Assembly (NCBI GenBank): GCA_050633305.1
Contig: JBOEGF010000004.1
Span: 1-64,000, forward strand
From: Nannocystales bacterium
GTDB taxonomy: Bacteria; Myxococcota_A; Polyangia; Nannocystales; Nannocystaceae
Direction: 5' to 3'
Length of the DNA stretch: 64,000 nt
This document shows positions 60,983 to 64,000 of the stretch, one piece after another (within the stretch, counting starts at the first letter, position 1; each line of letters opens with the position of its first letter). A model generated the notes under the pieces. That model made no database searches and had not been told where the DNA came from. It saw only the letters and a program-made list of their open reading frames with translations. The position numbers and the translations under genes were made by a program.

Positions 60983-62218
60983 TCAACGAGGGCCGGGGTC
61001 GTCGCCGTTTTGATAACGGACACAGACGACGCGGCCACCTCGCCAGCGCTGGGATGAGGAGCGCATCCTCTTGGCGCGCGGGTTCCAGATGACTCGCGCA
61101 CCGCCGAACGCGTCGGCCTTCGTCGCGGTCCAGTAGATGCCGTTGCGAATCAGGTTGCTCTTCGAGAGCCACTGAACCTCGCCGATGTCCGGAAGCCGCC
61201 AGCCTCCGACGCCTTCCACTTTGAGGTCGTCGCAGTGCGAGCGCGCGGATTCAAAGTTCATCTTTGCGGCGACCGTCCGACGCCCACGCTTGCGGCTCGC
61301 AGGGGGGGAGACGAGGAGGATGTCGAGCGCGCGGATCGACTGGCTCCGGAGGGCCGCGTAGACGAGCGCGGCGTCGTCACCGGTGATGACCGGAGGGGCG
61401 GCGGCTTGCGTCGCCTCGGGCAGGGCGTCGGGCTCCTCGTCGGCGACCTCCAGCGGAAGGTCGCCCTCCGCGACGGGCTCGACGTTCGCGGAGGCGTTGC
61501 TCGGGGCCGCGTCTCGCTTCGGGTTTGCCTCGGCCGAGGCTTCCATCGGTGCGCCGACCGAGGCCGCGACGACGTCCGGCTCATCGGCAGCGGCGTCGCC
61601 AGAGCTGATCGTGATGCCGATGACGGCGACCGCGGCGACGGCCGCGATGCTCCCGACGACCCAGGCGGCACGCGGTGTTCGACCCCGCCCGGAGCTTGGA
61701 GGTGGCCCCGAAAGGCTGGGAACGTGGGTCGGCATCGCGGGTGCTGCCGGTGGAGCAGGGGGAGCAAGAGGAGCCGGAGTTGCGAGAGGAGCCGGGGCGG
61801 GTGGGGCGATCAGTGTCGGCCTGGGAAGCGCGGGCCCGGCATCGTCGATGTCGACACCCATCGCTGCCAGGCGGTCGACGGCCTGACGAGTCAGGTTGTC
61901 CGGGGCGTCCCACAGCATCATGGCGCTGGAGATCCTCCCGCTGGGAACCCCGTTGGCTTCCAGTTCGACGGTGATCGAGCGGAGCGTGTCTTCGCGGAGC
62001 TCGGGGCCTCCGAACAGCAAGTACGTGGCATGGGCCCGGTACCGAAAGGACAACTTCAGCAGGTCGACCCGACGTCGGTCGACACCCGCGACCACCTCGA
62101 CGGTGGCCCCACGGTCGCGGAGCTCGTCGGCCACCTGGTCCAGCGGAGCGGACCGCAGGGCAGAGGCTGCGAGCACGATGACGGGTGCACTCGGGTTCGA
62201 TTCGACCAATTCCATCAC
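60983..62218 (-). CDS. single-pass membrane protein with C-terminal Lcl/DUF1566-like domain
   Basis: N-terminal alpha/beta domain, Pro-rich linker, TM, then ARSHCDDL..GWRLP...YWT...VVCVR. Confidence 0.7.
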   Translation of the reverse strand: MMELVESNPSAPVIVLAASALRSAPLDQVADELRDRGATVEVVAGVDRRRVDLLKLSFRYRAHATYLLFGGPELREDTLRSITVELEANGVPSGRISSAMMLWDAPDNLTRQAVDRLAAMGVDIDDAGPALPRPTLIAPPAPAPLATPAPLAPPAPPAAPAMPTHVPSLSGPPPSSGRGRTPRAAWVVGSIAAVAAVAVIGITISSGDAAADEPDVVAASVGAPMEASAEANPKRDAAPSNASANVEPVAEGDLPLEVADEEPDALPEATQAAAPPVITGDDAALVYAALRSQSIRALDILLVSPPASRKRGRRTVAAKMNFESARSHCDDLKVEGVGGWRLPDIGEVQWLSKSNLIRNGIYWTATKADAFGGARVIWNPRAKRMRSSSQRWRGGRVVCVRYQNGDDPGPR

Positions 62219-62326
62219 TTCAGGCTCCCGGGGCTTCCACTTCAGCTCCCGGCCAGAGCGTAATCTAGACTTCCTATTTTTGCCAGTCCAATGGCGCTCC
62301 GCGCGAAAAAAGCCGAAGAGCCCGCT

Positions 62327-63013
62327 CTATACCCGTCCGTAGACCTTTACAGCGGTTCCGCGGAGATCACGCGACGCGGCTTGCCCCAGGCGGATGATGG
62401 TCTTCGCGAGCGACGCCGCGTTGACCCACAGGTCGGTGTGCTCGGTCCCCATGGCCGCTCGATTGGCCGGGGTGTCAATGATGCTGGGCAGGACGGAGTT
62501 GGCCGTGATGTCCAGCTCCCGCGTCTCTTCGGCGATCGCTTGCGTGTAGTTCAGAACCGCCGCTTTGCACGCTCCGTAGAGCGCGGTCTGGGCCCCAGGC
62601 TCCAGCGCGTTTCGGGAAGCCACGGTCACGATCCGGCCGTAGCCGTCGGCCCGCATCCGGGCGAGCGCGGTCCGCAGGACGAAGATGGTCGACGACACAT
62701 TGAGCGCCAGCATGTGTCCGACCGTGTCCCCGTCGACCTCGTGGGCAGCGCCCATCGTGAAGCCGCCCACAAGGTGCAGGACGGCATCGACACGGGGCAT
62801 GGACGCGACCACGCGCTCCACGTCCGCGAGGTCGGTCATGCTGGCGTCCACGCATCGCAACGCCGGCTCGTCGCCGAACCGTCTCCGTAACGTCTCGGCG
62901 TCGGTCCCGTGCGTCGGTGCGGTCACGCGGGCGCCCGCCTGGAGCGCGGCCGCGGTGACCTCGATTCCCAACCCGCCGCCTGCGCCTGTGATCAAGACTT
63001 CGCGTCCCTGCAT
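62327..63013 (-). CDS. SDR family oxidoreductase
   Basis: TGAGGGLG, YGACK and NSVLPSIIDTPANR. Confidence 0.93.
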   Translation of the reverse strand: MQGREVLITGAGGGLGIEVTAAALQAGARVTAPTHGTDAETLRRRFGDEPALRCVDASMTDLADVERVVASMPRVDAVLHLVGGFTMGAAHEVDGDTVGHMLALNVSSTIFVLRTALARMRADGYGRIVTVASRNALEPGAQTALYGACKAAVLNYTQAIAEETRELDITANSVLPSIIDTPANRAAMGTEHTDLWVNAASLAKTIIRLGQAASRDLRGTAVKVYGRV

Positions 63014-63049
63014 GGCGCCATGGTGGCGTGCTCCGGGATCCTCTTGCCA

Positions 63050-63066
63050 CCTGAATGCGTGTGCAG
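63050..63066 (-). promoter_or_regulatory. Myxococcus-type LexA (SOS) box upstream of uvrA
   Basis: Minus strand CTGCACACGCATTCAGG matches 16/17 positions of the M. xanthus consensus CTRHAMRYBYGTTCAGS (recalled from memory). Confidence 0.65.
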
Positions 63067-63104
63067 GACGGGGCTGTTCGTGCTAAGGGAGCCGCGCAGC
63101 TAGC

Positions 63105-64000
63105 ATGCCCGCGACCAGCTCCAAGACCACGCGTTCGAAGACCACCACGCGCCGCCGGACTCCGGCGAAGAGCGGCGCCGCAGCCAAGGCCTCCGGCTCG
63201 AAGAAGACCGCCGCGAAGAAGACCGCGGCAAAGAAGACCACCGCGAAGAAAGCCGGAGCCAAGAAAGGCTCGGCGGCTTCCCGCAACGGTGCGTTCCGAG
63301 GCAAGCCGACGGCCGCGGCCGAGCCGAACTTCATCGTCGTGGAGCAGGCTCGGCAGCACAACCTCGATGTCGACTACCTCGAGATCCCGAAGCGGCAGCT
63401 GGTCACGTTCACGGGCGTTAGCGGGTCGGGCAAGAGTTCACTCGCGTTTGACACGCTCTACGCTGAAGGACAGCGCCGGTACGTCGAGAGCCTGAGCGCA
63501 TATGCCCGCCAGTTCCTGGGCCAGCTCGACCGACCCGACGTCGAGCACCTGCGCGGACTGTCCCCGACGATCGCCATCGAGCAGAAGAGTGCGTCCAACA
63601 ACCCACGCTCCACCGTCGGCACCATCACCGAGATCTATGACTACCTCCGGGTGCTGTATGCCCGGGTTGGCATTCAGCACTGCCACAGCTGCAACAAGCC
63701 GGTGGCCGGGCAAAGCTCCGAGGAGATCGTTCGAGAGCTCCGAACCCAGCCCGAGGGCACCAAGCTCACTCTGTTGGCCCCGATCATCACCCACCGAAAG
63801 GGCGAGTTCCGGGACCTATTCGAGGAGTTGAAGGGACGCGGCTTCCTCCGGGTGCGAGTCGACGGCGAGATTCACCGCCTCGACGACCCTCCCAAGCTCG
63901 ACAAGAAGTTCAAGCACACGATCGAGCTCGTCGCGGATCGGGTCACGATTCGGGCCGAGGACCGTCAGCGCCTGGCCGAAAGCGTCGAACTCGCCCTGCG
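63105..64000 (+). CDS. uvrA: excinuclease ABC subunit A (3' end outside window) with Lys/Ala-rich N-terminal extension
   Basis: Own translation from ATG 63105 (absent from the ORF track): [50 protein letters not shown] and CHSC. Confidence 0.96.
   Translation, partial: MPATSSKTTRSKTTTRRRTPAKSGAAAKASGSKKTAAKKTAAKKTTAKKAGAKKGSAASRNGAFRGKPTAAAEPNFIVVEQARQHNLDVDYLEIPKRQLVTFTGVSGSGKSSLAFDTLYAEGQRRYVESLSAYARQFLGQLDRPDVEHLRGLSPTIAIEQKSASNNPRSTVGTITEIYDYLRVLYARVGIQHCHSCNKPVAGQSSEEIVRELRTQPEGTKLTLLAPIITHRKGEFRDLFEELKGRGFLRVRVDGEIHRLDDPPKLDKKFKHTIELVADRVTIRAEDRQRLAESVELAL

Noticed and set aside
62216..62253. Short duplication CACTTCAG(G)CTCCCGG at the start of the 60983-62218 gene
   Set aside because: Two copies of about 15 bp covering the RBS/start. 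Most likely a trivial local duplication.

Overview
High-GC bacterial chromosomal window, almost certainly Myxococcota and most resembling Nannocystaceae (inferred from the many Cys-rich lipoproteins with Thr/Ser/Gly linkers, a 3557-aa TPR protein, FHA/GAF enhancer-binding proteins and a Myxococcus-type LexA box). It is mostly core genome: dnaE (5' end outside the window), rlmB, lapA/lapB, polA, cca, efp-epmA, tonB-exbB-exbD-exbD, tRNA-Leu(UAA), purK-purE and uvrA (3' end outside the window). No transposase, integrase, prophage or CRISPR array is evident. The most interesting items are: (1) a sigma54-to-ECF cascade in which a GAF-bEBP with a non-canonical GAHSTA loop lies directly upstream of two palindromic UAS-like sites and a near-consensus -24/-12 promoter for an orphan ECF sigma; (2) an Rrf2-cysK-E1-Ubl-cysM-JAMM operon whose sulfur carrier ends in a masked GG-W and whose Cys-free Rrf2 ends in a CysK-docking-like NYVI tail; (3) a divergent iron/peroxide module with two related Fur-like boxes (PepSY-TM and SIP versus a small Cys/His protein, DUF3501 and AhpC); (4) an operon of DUF507 plus apparently catalytically dead EtfA-like and acyl-CoA-synthetase-like proteins; (5) a UvrA with a histone-H1-like N-terminal tail. 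All family assignments come from motif recognition by eye; no searches were run.
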